64,000 bases of DNA from an uncultured Clostridia bacterium (GTDB taxonomy: Bacteria > Bacillota > Clostridia > Christensenellales > Borkfalkiaceae). Position numbers and translations under genes: made by a program. Numbering within the stretch: the first letter of the stretch is position 1; each line of letters starts with the position of its first letter. This document shows, one piece after another, positions 8,483 to 18,375 of the stretch. The notes beneath the pieces are model-generated. The model was not told the DNA's origin. It saw only the letters and a list, made by a program, of their open reading frames with translations, and did not search any database. The stretch covers positions 2,442 through 66,441 of the forward strand of contig CANQOX010000001.1 of NCBI GenBank assembly GCA_947625595.1, read 5' to 3'.

Positions 8483-11400
8483 CAGTCGAGCCCTCCGAAC
8501 CTGCTCTCGAATTCCTCCTTCGTGAGGAGCACGGTGCGGGCTTTGGAGCCCTCAAAGGCCGAGATGAAACCCTGCGATTCCATCCATTCGATGATCTTGC
8601 CCGCATGGTTGTAGCCGATGCCGAGACTGCGCTGAATGAGCGAAATGGAGGCCTGTCCGCGCTTGACGACGACGCCGAGGGCCCTGATGTAGGTCTCGCT
8701 GACCTCTCCCCCGTCTCCGTCGTCTCCGCCGCCGCCCTTGCCCGCCTCGGGCTTGTCAATAAATTCGGCGACAGATTCGTCGAAGTACGTCTCGTTGTTC
8801 TCGCGGATATAGTTGATGACCCTCTGCCGCTCGGAGGCGCTGATGAAGGCGCCCTGCGCCCGCCTCGGCTTGCCCGTCGTCTTGATGAGCATGTCGCCGT
8901 AGCCGAGCAGTTTCTCCGCGCCCGATTCGTCGAGCATGATGCGGGAGTTGAGATCGGAGTCCACGGAGAGGGAAATGCGCGTCGGCAGGTTGCTCTTGAT
9001 GACGCCCGTGATGACGGTGGCGTCGGGGCGCTGGGTCGCGAGCACGAGGTGAATGCCCGCCGCCCTCGCCTTCTGCGCAAGGCGCTGGATGCGCTCCTCC
9101 ACTTCCTTCTTCGCCGTCATCATGAGGTCGGAGAACTCGTCGACCACGACGACGATCTTGGGAAGGCGTTCCTCATCGCCCGAGAGGTTCTGGTTGTACT
9201 CGTCGATCTTGGAGACGGCGACGCCCGAGCGGGTCTTTTCGTTGAAGAGCGTATATCTGCGCTCCATCTCGTTGACGGCCCATGTGAGGGCGGTGACCGC
9301 CTTGGGCGCGGAAGTGATGATCTCGTTGATCATGAGGTGCGGAATGCCCTCATAGAGCGTGAACTCGGACTGTTTGGGGTCGATGAGAATGAGGCGGAGC
9401 TCCTCGGGCGAATACTTGAAGAGCATCGAGATGAGCATGGAGTGCATCGCGATGGATTTGCCCGAGCCCGTCATGCCCGCGACGAGAATGTGGGTCATCT
9501 CGGTCACGTTGCCGCAGACGGGCCTTCCCTCGACGTCCTGCCCGAGGGCAAAGAGGAGCGCGTCGGGGCTGTCCTTCCTGAATTCCTCGGACTCGAGAAT
9601 GGCTTTGAGGCCGACAGTGGAACGCTTTTCGTTGGGGACCTCCACGGAGATGCCGCGGACCTCGGGATTGGCGTACATGTTGACGCCCTTCACCTGAAGA
9701 TAGACGGCAAGTTCCTCGTCATAGCGGGTGACATTGCTGATGGTGCCGTTCTCGGGCATGGCGAGGTCGTACCGCGTGACGGAAGCCCCCGCCTTGACGC
9801 TGATGATGTGCGTCTCGATCTTGTAGCGGCGGAGCGTGTCGAGGATAATGCCCGAATTGCGCCCCACTTCCTCATTGGAGAGGGTGGGCCTGTCCTCGTA
9901 TGTATTCAGAAGGTCGACGCTCGGACGCTTGTACTTGGCCCAAACGTGCTTTTTCTTCTTCGGAACCTCCTTGCGGCGGGGCTCGGCGGGCGCGGGAGGC
10001 ACGGGTGCACTTGCGGGAGGCTCGGGCGCGTCGATGGGCGCGTCGTCGTCGAAGAGGTCGGCATTGCTCCCCCTTCCCGCGTCAAAGACGCGGCTCTCGG
10101 GCAATCCGTCGTCCGCGGGCGTCTCGGGCTCCACAGGCGGGAGGTCTCTTCTGCCGCGCGGGAAAATGTCGTCCGCGGGCGTCTCGGGTTCCACGGGAGG
10201 AAGATCCCTCCTGCCGCGCGGGAAAATGTCGTCCGCGGGCGGTTCAGGCTCCACGGGAGGAAGGTCTCTCCTGCCGCGGGGGAAAATGTCGTCCGCGGGC
10301 GGTTCAGGCTCCACAGGAGGAAGGTCCCTTCTGCCGCGGGGGAAAATGTCGTCCGCGGGCGGTTCAGGCTCCACGGGAGGAAGGTCCCTTCTTCCGCGCG
10401 GGAAGATGTCGTCTGCGGGCGGTTCAGGCTCTGCGGGCGGCATGTCGCGCCTGCCCGTGAACGGGTCCGCGCTGAAGATCCCCATGTCGCGCGCCGACTC
10501 CGCACGGGAAGCGGTCGGGAAGGTGGGTTCAGGCGGGAGGTCTACGGGCTTGAATGTCCGCGGCTCGTCGAAAATGGGCTTCGGGCTGAAGTCATCGGCG
10601 GGTGCGCTCGGGGCGGGCGAAGGCGGGGTTACACTGCCCGCGACGTCATTTCTATAGAAATCCTGCCCCGAGGCGTCCTCAATGGGGGCGCGGTAAGAGG
10701 GCTTCTGCGGATAATTGTCGTCGCTGATGGGATAGGAATAGCCGCTCTGTTCCCCTGCGGCGGGCGCGTCGGTGACGCGGCGAGGCATGGAGGGACGCTC
10801 CTCGGCGGACTCCTCCGCGTAACGGTCGGAGTAGGTCTGCCCGTCCTGCGGGACGATGTTGGAGCGGCGGGGACGGGAATTGAAGCGGGAATCCTCGTCG
10901 AAGATGAGATTTTGCCGATAGCTCTCCGCGGGATCCTCCGAGAAGAGGATCGCACGGCTCCTCGCCTGCGCTTCACTGCGCGGTGCGCCATAGGGACTGC
11001 GCGCCGCTGTCTGCCCGTACGGCTCTGCGGGCGCGGGAGCCTGTCCGTACGACCCCGCGGGCGCGGTCGGCGCGGCCTCGGTCGGAGCGGCCGCGGCGGG
11101 AGGAGCGACGGGTGCGGGCGGAGGCGAATAGGTCCGCGGCGTCGGCGGGATGTCGTCGAAAGCGACGGGAGAAGCCGCAGTCTCCCGCTCCCCTTCCTCC
11201 TGCTCCTTCTTTTTCTTTGCGCCGGGAAGGAGGTAGACGCGGAGAGGCGTGCCGATGAGGGCAAACCAGACCGCGGCGAGAAGGAGGATCGCGAAGATCA
11301 CATAGGCCCCCGCCGACTGAAAGACGAAGCGGATGGGATAGCAGATGAGGCCGAGCAGAACGCCGCCGCCCGTGCCCTCCGCGACGCTGTTCCCCGCGGA

Positions 11401-11808
11401 ATAGAAGCAGTCGGCAAGGTATGCGCCGAAACTCCTTATCTCCGCGGTGGCGGGATCGATGAAAAAGCGCTCCGCCGTCGCCGTCTGGACGATGAAGAAG
11501 ATGCCCGTCATGAGCAGAATGATGCGGAGGGTCCAGCCCTTGGGCAAAAATCCCCTTCCCGCAATCAGACAGACCGCCCAGTAGACGAGCAGTACGAGCA
11601 AAAAGAAGATGTAAAAACCGCCAAAGCCGACAAAGAATGCCGCGATGGCTTTCCCGACGTCCCCGAAGAGCACGGGGCCCGTTGCCGTGATGAGCAGAAG
11701 AAGCCCGCCGAAGAGGAGAAAGCTCATTCCGAGCGTCTCATGCGTGGCTACCTTTGCCTTTTTCTTTTTATCCTGTTTGTCCTCGCTTCCGCGACCGACT
11801 CCGTTCAC
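8482..11808 (-). CDS. ftsK: DNA translocase FtsK/SpoIIIE
   Basis: 1108 aa. N-terminal TM helices, a long Pro/Glu-rich linker, and a motor domain with Walker A VAGMTGSGKS and Walker B VVVVDEFSDLMM. The gamma winged helix reads RGQASISLIQRSLGIGYNHAGKIIEWME. GTG start with GGAGG upstream. Confidence 0.95.
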   Translation of the reverse strand: MNGVGRGSEDKQDKKKKAKVATHETLGMSFLLFGGLLLLITATGPVLFGDVGKAIAAFFVGFGGFYIFFLLVLLVYWAVCLIAGRGFLPKGWTLRIILLMTGIFFIVQTATAERFFIDPATAEIRSFGAYLADCFYSAGNSVAEGTGGGVLLGLICYPIRFVFQSAGAYVIFAILLLAAVWFALIGTPLRVYLLPGAKKKKEQEEGERETAASPVAFDDIPPTPRTYSPPPAPVAPPAAAAPTEAAPTAPAGSYGQAPAPAEPYGQTAARSPYGAPRSEAQARSRAILFSEDPAESYRQNLIFDEDSRFNSRPRRSNIVPQDGQTYSDRYAEESAEERPSMPRRVTDAPAAGEQSGYSYPISDDNYPQKPSYRAPIEDASGQDFYRNDVAGSVTPPSPAPSAPADDFSPKPIFDEPRTFKPVDLPPEPTFPTASRAESARDMGIFSADPFTGRRDMPPAEPEPPADDIFPRGRRDLPPVEPEPPADDIFPRGRRDLPPVEPEPPADDIFPRGRRDLPPVEPEPPADDIFPRGRRDLPPVEPETPADDIFPRGRRDLPPVEPETPADDGLPESRVFDAGRGSNADLFDDDAPIDAPEPPASAPVPPAPAEPRRKEVPKKKKHVWAKYKRPSVDLLNTYEDRPTLSNEEVGRNSGIILDTLRRYKIETHIISVKAGASVTRYDLAMPENGTISNVTRYDEELAVYLQVKGVNMYANPEVRGISVEVPNEKRSTVGLKAILESEEFRKDSPDALLFALGQDVEGRPVCGNVTEMTHILVAGMTGSGKSIAMHSMLISMLFKYSPEELRLILIDPKQSEFTLYEGIPHLMINEIITSAPKAVTALTWAVNEMERRYTLFNEKTRSGVAVSKIDEYNQNLSGDEERLPKIVVVVDEFSDLMMTAKKEVEERIQRLAQKARAAGIHLVLATQRPDATVITGVIKSNLPTRISLSVDSDLNSRIMLDESGAEKLLGYGDMLIKTTGKPRRAQGAFISASERQRVINYIRENNETYFDESVAEFIDKPEAGKGGGGDDGDGGEVSETYIRALGVVVKRGQASISLIQRSLGIGYNHAGKIIEWMESQGFISAFEGSKARTVLLTKEEFESRFGGLD
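10100..10450 (-). repeat. Six in-frame 60-bp tandem repeats inside the ftsK linker
   Basis: gtc(c/t)gcgggc recurs at 10111, 10171, 10231, 10291, 10351 and 10411, an exact 60-nt period. The encoded unit is RRDLPPVEPE(P/T)PADDIFPRG, six copies. Confidence 0.95.
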
Positions 11809-11864
11809 GATGCCTCCAATCTTCTCTCCACCTTACGGAGAGAGCGCATATAATGTCAAAATAC

Positions 11865-11893
11865 AGTATATCATTCTTTGAAGAATTTTTCAA
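11865..11893 (-). promoter_or_regulatory. Putative sigma-A promoter of the ftsK-rimO-pgsA-cinA-recA string
   Basis: Minus strand reads TTGAAA-N17-TATACT with a TGn extended -10. The inverted repeat ATTCTT-TG-AAGAAT lies in the spacer. It sits about 55 nt upstream of the ftsK start. Confidence 0.45.
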
Positions 11894-11935
11894 CGATATT
11901 GCGAAACTTTTTTTGACGGAAATTGAAATTCTTCC

Positions 11936-11973
11936 AAAAAAGAAAAGCGCCCTCCCCGCGCAAAGGGAGGGCG
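11936..11973 (-). terminator. Intrinsic terminator downstream of the ABC-F gene
   Basis: 9-bp GC stem cgccctccc/gggagggcg (11948-11956 with 11965-11973), followed on the minus strand by cttttctttttt. Confidence 0.7.
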
Positions 11974-11984
11974 AATGCGATCCG

Positions 11985-13562
<1,578 letters not shown>

Positions 13563-13592
13563 AGATACCTCTCTGTGCGATGATGTGATTTT

Positions 13593-15968
13593 TTAACTGT
13601 TTCGCTCAAATGTGTAGTCGCATTCCTCAGTGAGTTCACGGATGGTCGTCGCCATGTCCCCGTCGGCTCTGAAATGCTCGATCAAAACGAAAAATCTGAC
13701 CCCCCACACCGAATGGGCGGGCAGAGTGACGTTCTTTAGATTGATACAGCTCCTGAATGCGTTGGTCTCGATGGTCCTGATGTTGTCGGGGATCGCGATC
13801 GCGGCGAGCGCACTGCAATTTTTGAAACAGGAGTCGGGAATGACCTCGAGCGACGTGGGGATATTGACGTCGACAAGGCGCGAACAGCCCGCGAAGGCGC
13901 TCTTGCCAAGTTCTCTGACGGCGTCGGGAAGTTCGATCTCCGTGAGAGCCGTGCACCCCTCGAAGGCGCTCGCGCCGACGGAGATGACCGTCTCGGCGAT
14001 GCTGATCTCCTTGAGCAAGGTACAGCCCTTGAAGGCGCTGCTGCCGATCCTCATGATCCCGTCGGGAATGATGACGGACCCGACGACATTGTCCCGCTCC
14101 ACATAGGGCCGCGACACCTGCGTCACGCGGTAGCCATCGATCTCGTCGGGAATGACGAGCTCCTCCATGTCGTACTTGTAGACGCAGACGCTCGCCGTGC
14201 CGTCCTCGAGAACTTCGTAGTAAAAGCCGTCCACGGCCGTTTTCTGCGTCTGAACGGTGAAGAGCAGGCCGCAGAGGCTTGCAAAGATCGCAAAGGCCCA
14301 GATGCAGGCCGTCGCGTGATGTTCGGTCTCAAAATTGAGGCTGAAGACGGACACGACCCCGAGCGCGATGCCGAAGGCAAATTGCACCCAGAGCCAGTCT
14401 CCCATGGAGTGGCAGAACCAGCCGATCAGAATGCAGATCGCCCCGATGACGCCCTCGAAGACAAAACTGCTGAATAAAATTCGCCCGCCGCCCCCTCCGA
14501 TGAGGATGACGACCCCGTGCACGAGCAAGACGCCCGCAAGGACGCAGAGGACGATGAGATAGGCCGTGTACTCTGCCGTCTCGGCGGCGAGCGATGCGGC
14601 GAAGGGATAGCTGACGGCAAAGAGGCACCCCACGACGTCGAGGACGGTCAGAATGATGTTCAGGATCCGCATGCCCCGCTTCATTCCCTCGCCGAGCGAG
14701 GAGAAGAAGGAAGAAAAGCCGTCCTTGAAAGTTTCGGCGGCCGCAGAGCGCTTATGCTTCCGCGCCCGCTTGCGCTCGGCCTTCTCGGCCTCCTTCTGCC
14801 GCCTGCGCTCGGCCCGTTCGGCCTCCAGCCGACGCTTTTCCTCCGCCCTCTGCATGGCGAGCGCGTGGCGGCGTTCCCGCTCGGCCTGCCTGCCCTTCTC
14901 CTTTTCGGCCTGAAGTTGCAGGCGGTGCGCCTCGTTCTCCTCCCGCCTGAGGGCGGCCTCCTCCTTGATGCGCTTGACCTCTTCCCGCCGCGCGTCATCC
15001 TCCTCGCGGAGGTGCTTGAGGTCCAGAAACTTCCTGACATGGCTTTCAACGCGGCTGAAAGCGTCGGGGCTGTCGCACCCGATCCCCTCGATCGTGCCGT
15101 CGATCCCCGAGAGCCGCCCGATGGGATGCTTTGCGTCGTGGTAGAGAATGGTGAGCGCGCCGCGGCCCTTCTGCCCCTGCTTCATCATCTCCGTGAAGCG
15201 GGTGTATTCATTTTTGACCCAAGGGGTGTGAAGATATTCCTCGTTGAAGCAGACGACGACCATGCTCTCCGATTTCAGGAGCGCGTAGTAGATGAGGGCC
15301 TCATAGTCCTCGCCCGTGCGGCCCTTGGCGTCCACCTCGGAATAGAAAGGTCTGAGTTTTTTATCTTTGAGAAAGTAGTAGAGCTTCAGAGTTTCATGGC
15401 TCTCGGCCGTGAAGTCGTCGCCCGTCCCGTCCGTCCCCGTCTTGGAGACCTTGGTGCAGAGAAAGACGTCGTAATCAAGCCCCTCCCTTTGGAGGCGGTA
15501 AAATTCCTCGCGGATATGGTCGATCTCCCTGCCCTGCGCACGGTAGATCTCCCGCTGTTCGTCCGTGGCGAGTTCCACGGCTTTGAGATATTCCGCATCC
15601 TCCGTGAAGTATTTGGAGGAGATCTCGTGGCAGATGGGACGGACGCAGGGGGTCTCCCCGCTCCTGTCCACGATGAACTGCACGCGAAGTTTGGCCCGCG
15701 CAAGGCCGAAGTGGGCCTCAGGCTCCGCGGGGACCTGTTCGATCGCCTTTTCAAAGCACATCCGCGCCGCGTCGAAATCGCCGCGGTCGATGTCGTTCTC
15801 CCCGCTGACGAGCTGTGCCGTCACATACGCGGAGAGGCCGAAGGAGGGAAGCGTCCACGTCGTGCCGCAATACGCGCACTTGATGACGCCGCCCGCCGCG
15901 GCCCTGTGATCGAGGTTCGCCCCGCAACATCTGCATTGGATCGGTTTTGACCCTTCCTGCCTTTCCAT
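13593..15968 (-). CDS. Zinc-ribbon / TIR-domain / coiled-coil / 5-TM / BspA-type LRR membrane protein
   Basis: ORF 13593..16250, trimmed to the ATG at 15968 (MERQEGSKPIQCRCCGANL...CAYCGTTW). TIR-like block spans residues approx 165-290 (YDVFLC...MVVVCFNEEYLHTPWVKNEYTRF). A Lys/Arg/Glu coiled coil covers residues 320-410. I count five hydrophobic helices in 434-572. C-terminal LRR_5-type repeats read IPDGIMRIGSSAFKGCTLLKEISI..., about 6 copies. Confidence 0.8.
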   Translation of the reverse strand: MERQEGSKPIQCRCCGANLDHRAAAGGVIKCAYCGTTWTLPSFGLSAYVTAQLVSGENDIDRGDFDAARMCFEKAIEQVPAEPEAHFGLARAKLRVQFIVDRSGETPCVRPICHEISSKYFTEDAEYLKAVELATDEQREIYRAQGREIDHIREEFYRLQREGLDYDVFLCTKVSKTGTDGTGDDFTAESHETLKLYYFLKDKKLRPFYSEVDAKGRTGEDYEALIYYALLKSESMVVVCFNEEYLHTPWVKNEYTRFTEMMKQGQKGRGALTILYHDAKHPIGRLSGIDGTIEGIGCDSPDAFSRVESHVRKFLDLKHLREEDDARREEVKRIKEEAALRREENEAHRLQLQAEKEKGRQAERERRHALAMQRAEEKRRLEAERAERRRQKEAEKAERKRARKHKRSAAAETFKDGFSSFFSSLGEGMKRGMRILNIILTVLDVVGCLFAVSYPFAASLAAETAEYTAYLIVLCVLAGVLLVHGVVILIGGGGGRILFSSFVFEGVIGAICILIGWFCHSMGDWLWVQFAFGIALGVVSVFSLNFETEHHATACIWAFAIFASLCGLLFTVQTQKTAVDGFYYEVLEDGTASVCVYKYDMEELVIPDEIDGYRVTQVSRPYVERDNVVGSVIIPDGIMRIGSSAFKGCTLLKEISIAETVISVGASAFEGCTALTEIELPDAVRELGKSAFAGCSRLVDVNIPTSLEVIPDSCFKNCSALAAIAIPDNIRTIETNAFRSCINLKNVTLPAHSVWGVRFFVLIEHFRADGDMATTIRELTEECDYTFERNS

Positions 15969-15975
15969 ACGGTAA

Positions 15976-16004
15976 ATTATATCATACTTTTGCCGTTTTA
16001 ACAA
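15976..16004 (-). promoter_or_regulatory. Putative promoter of the TIR gene; geometry suggests a leaderless mRNA
   Basis: Minus strand reads TTGTTA-N17-TGaTATAAT, then 7 nt (ttaccgt), then the ATG at 15968. No SD is present. Confidence 0.45.
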
Positions 16005-16041
16005 ATAAAACGCGGGACAAAAAGAAATTTTCTCAAAACAC

Positions 16042-16070
16042 TTGCCTAAAATCTCGCGATATGATATAAT
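16042..16070 (+). promoter_or_regulatory. Putative promoter of the TM1266-like regulator gene
   Basis: TTGCCT-N17-TGaTATAAT (extended -10). It is divergent from the TIR promoter. Confidence 0.5.
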
Positions 16071-16106
16071 CGCTGTGCCTGAACGGAAAGAGCATTCTGA
16101 CCGCAA

Positions 16107-16182
16107 AGGAGGAAACCCCAATGACCGACGCGCCCTGTTTTGCGGCGTATTTCCTCCTGCCGTTCGGACGGGAGGTTTTTTT
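16107..16182 (+). promoter_or_regulatory. Leader with mutually exclusive pairings; a terminator-like hairpin sequesters the SD
   Basis: aggaggaaa (16107-16115) is a perfect complement of tttcctcct (16150-16158). The latter overlaps the 5' arm of the hairpin cctgccgt-tcgg-acgggagg (16156-16175). The 3' arm of that hairpin contains the SD GGAGG and is followed by T7, then the ATG at 16183. Confidence 0.4.
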
Positions 16183-16431
16183 ATGGAAGAAAAACGCATC
16201 GCGGTACTCTCGATCGTCGTCGAAAAGCGGGAACAGGCGGAGATCCTCAACCGCTACCTGTCGGAGTATGCGGAATATGTCGTCGGAAGAATGGGGATAC
16301 CTTACAGAGAGAAACATGTGTCCATTCTGAGCGTCGTACTCGACGCCCCCTCCTCCGCCGTCAATGCCCTGACGGGAAAGATCGGCCAGCTCGACGGCGT
16401 GAGTGCGAAGACGTTATTCAGCAAATACTGA
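16183..16431 (+). CDS. TM1266-family small ACT-like regulator (iron-only hydrogenase system regulator type)
   Basis: ORF 16042..16431, trimmed to MEEKRIAVLSIVVEKREQAEILNRYLSEYAEYVVGRMGIPYREKHVSILSVVLDAPSSAVNALTGKIGQLDGVSAKTLFSKY. This matches my memory of that family. SD GGGAGG lies 7 nt upstream. Confidence 0.65.
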   Translation: MEEKRIAVLSIVVEKREQAEILNRYLSEYAEYVVGRMGIPYREKHVSILSVVLDAPSSAVNALTGKIGQLDGVSAKTLFSKY

Positions 16432-16434
16432 TAT

Positions 16435-17290
16435 TTCGAACGATTTCTTTTGCTTCGCAAAACAAATGCGTTCGAGGGGTCAGCGTTGTGCATTCCACGG
16501 CTCTACCACCCCACGAAATCCCATACCCTGAAAGACATTAAGGTTCCCGTAGGGTACCAAATAGGGTCGCCCACGGCGGAAGTGAATTCCGCCTAAGGCA
16601 AGGAATTGGGAATGTTTCGAACGATTTCTTTACTCGCCCCGCAGACGCGCGAAGGCCCTCCCCGCGCGTCATCCTGAGCCGCCGCCGCAGGCGGCGTGTC
16701 GAAGGATCTCGCGGGGCTTCGAAAAGAAATGTTCGAGCGAAAGTGCTATCAACATCAATCGAGTTGACCTCGGAAGGCACTTTGCAGGGACAACAAGCCG
16801 AAAGGTTTCGGCAAATTGAGTCGCCCACGGCGGAAGTGAATTCCGCCTAAGGCAAGGGATTGGGAATGTTTCGAACGATTTCTTTTGCTTCGCAAAACAA
16901 ATGCGTTCGAGGGGTCAGTGTTGTGCATTTTCTCGCTGCCCCTTTTAGGGGAAGTGGCGAACGCAGTAAGCCAAAGGGGTTTTGAAACCCCTCTGTCACT
17001 TCGTGACATCTCCCCTATGAGGGGCGACAAGAGGACTGCGTATGAGGGGATTCTTCGGCTTCGCCTCAGAATGAGCGGTACCCCCTCCATGGGAGGGGGG
17101 CAGGGGGGTGGGTCACATTATTCTCGCTACCCATTCTTTGCGTCATGTTGAGGCGAAGCCGAAACATCCCGAAGAACGAAGTCCGTACTTTCCTCCTCGG
17201 GATTCTTCCCCTTCGACAGGCTCAGGGTCAGAATGACGCAGTTCCCCCCCCTTCCCCTGTAAAGTAATGGACAACGAGGAGACATATTCT
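16435..17290. repeat. Hairpin-module repeat cluster R3 (mostly inverted relative to R2)
   Basis: Region 16538-16860 is the reverse complement of R2 modules; minus ORF 16538..16828 translates like + ORF 3455..3850. An internal 60-nt direct repeat lies at 16435-16494 and 16869-16929. Region 17167-17210 is the inverted copy of 28866-28905, and 16925-17030 mirrors 28960-29065. Confidence 0.9.
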
Positions 17291-17319
17291 TTGAATTATA
17301 TTTTTTAAGGAGTTGCAAT

Positions 17320-18372
17320 ATGAAAAAACTTATCAGCGGTATTCTGTGCGCCGCGCTGTGCGGCGCGGCGGTCCTCGGCGTTGCGGCGTGCAACGGTGGC
17401 AGTCACGAGAACGGCAACGGTCACGACGAATGGACGACCTATTCCGTCTACGCACCCGACGGCGCACCCGCCCTCGCGCTCGCAGGCCTCATCGCGGGCG
17501 AAGAGGACCCCGTGTCCCCCTTCAAATTCGACGTCCACATCGTCAGTGCCGACACGATCGCGACCTACGTCACGGGCAATAACCCCGAGGCCGACTTCTG
17601 CATCCTCCCCTCCAACGCGGCGGGCAAGCACCTCGGCACGGGCGAAAAATATCAGATGCTCGGCACTGTCACCAACGGCAACCTCTATTTTTTGACCGAT
17701 ACGAACAAGAACCTGCCCGAACTAACCCGCGACAACCTCAAAACCGCCCTCCTCGGCAAGACGCTCGGCGTCATTCAGTATGAAAACGTCCCCGGACTTA
17801 CCCTCAGGGTCGTCCTCAACGAGAACGGGATCCCCTATCAGCTCGTGGAGAACAATGACGATCCCGCCCCCGATAAGGTCAACCTCCGCTTTCTGACACC
17901 CGCGCAGGTCGTCCCCGCAACGGGGTGCGACTACTACCTCTGCCCCGAACCTGCGAGGACGAGCAAGATCGGCGGGACGGCAAGCACTGCGAATCCCTTC
18001 CGCGCGGCGGGGTCCCTTCAGGCCCTCTATGGGGACGGGAACGGTTTCCCTCAGGCCGTACTCGTCACGAGGGTCTTTGAGCAAAGGGACGCCGAGGAGA
18101 GGATCATCTCCTACATGAACAAGAGTGCGGATTTCCTCAAAAATACCGACGCGCAAACCCTTGCTGCCCTGCTCGACTCCAAGCGCACGAAGGGCATGGA
18201 CGCGGCCTTCACCGAGGCACAGCTCAACCCGACCGTGCTTGCGAACTGCTCCATCGGCTTCACCAAGGCCGCCGACTGCAAGGACAAAGTTATCGAATTT
18301 CTGACCAAATATAAGGCCGTTTCGCCCGACGCGACAAACATTCCCTCCGACACCTTCTTCTGTGTAGGATAA
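17320..18372 (+). CDS. ABC transporter substrate-binding lipoprotein (NMT1/NitT-TauT-like)
   Basis: Signal peptide plus lipobox LGVAAC. 350 aa. Followed by a cognate permease and ATPase. SD aaggag is present. Confidence 0.75.
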   Translation: MKKLISGILCAALCGAAVLGVAACNGGSHENGNGHDEWTTYSVYAPDGAPALALAGLIAGEEDPVSPFKFDVHIVSADTIATYVTGNNPEADFCILPSNAAGKHLGTGEKYQMLGTVTNGNLYFLTDTNKNLPELTRDNLKTALLGKTLGVIQYENVPGLTLRVVLNENGIPYQLVENNDDPAPDKVNLRFLTPAQVVPATGCDYYLCPEPARTSKIGGTASTANPFRAAGSLQALYGDGNGFPQAVLVTRVFEQRDAEERIISYMNKSADFLKNTDAQTLAALLDSKRTKGMDAAFTEAQLNPTVLANCSIGFTKAADCKDKVIEFLTKYKAVSPDATNIPSDTFFCVG

Positions 18373-18375
18373 GAT

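Noticed and set aside
8605-11853. Very long ORFs antisense to real genes: 8605..11853 (1082 aa), 4871..6394, 11754..13559, 14517..15950, 39603..42068, 41569..44358, 44487..46091, 46449..50366 (1305 aa), 52450..55590, 56334..59477, 62092..63264 and others
   Set aside because: Each mirrors a gene with unmistakable motifs on the other strand (FtsK, RecA, ABC-F, S8 protease, Opp and so on). Their translations are low-complexity and rich in Arg, Gly, Asp, Val and Glu, with no recognisable motif. They disappear exactly where GC drops (29.3-33.5 kb). This is the expected stop-codon depletion of high-GC3 DNA.
16121-16330. 69-aa ORF with a strong SD overlapping the TM1266-like gene out of frame, as a real protein
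   Set aside because: Its sequence has no recognisable features and it overlaps a clearly homologous gene. It is kept only as a possible regulatory uORF in the leader finding.
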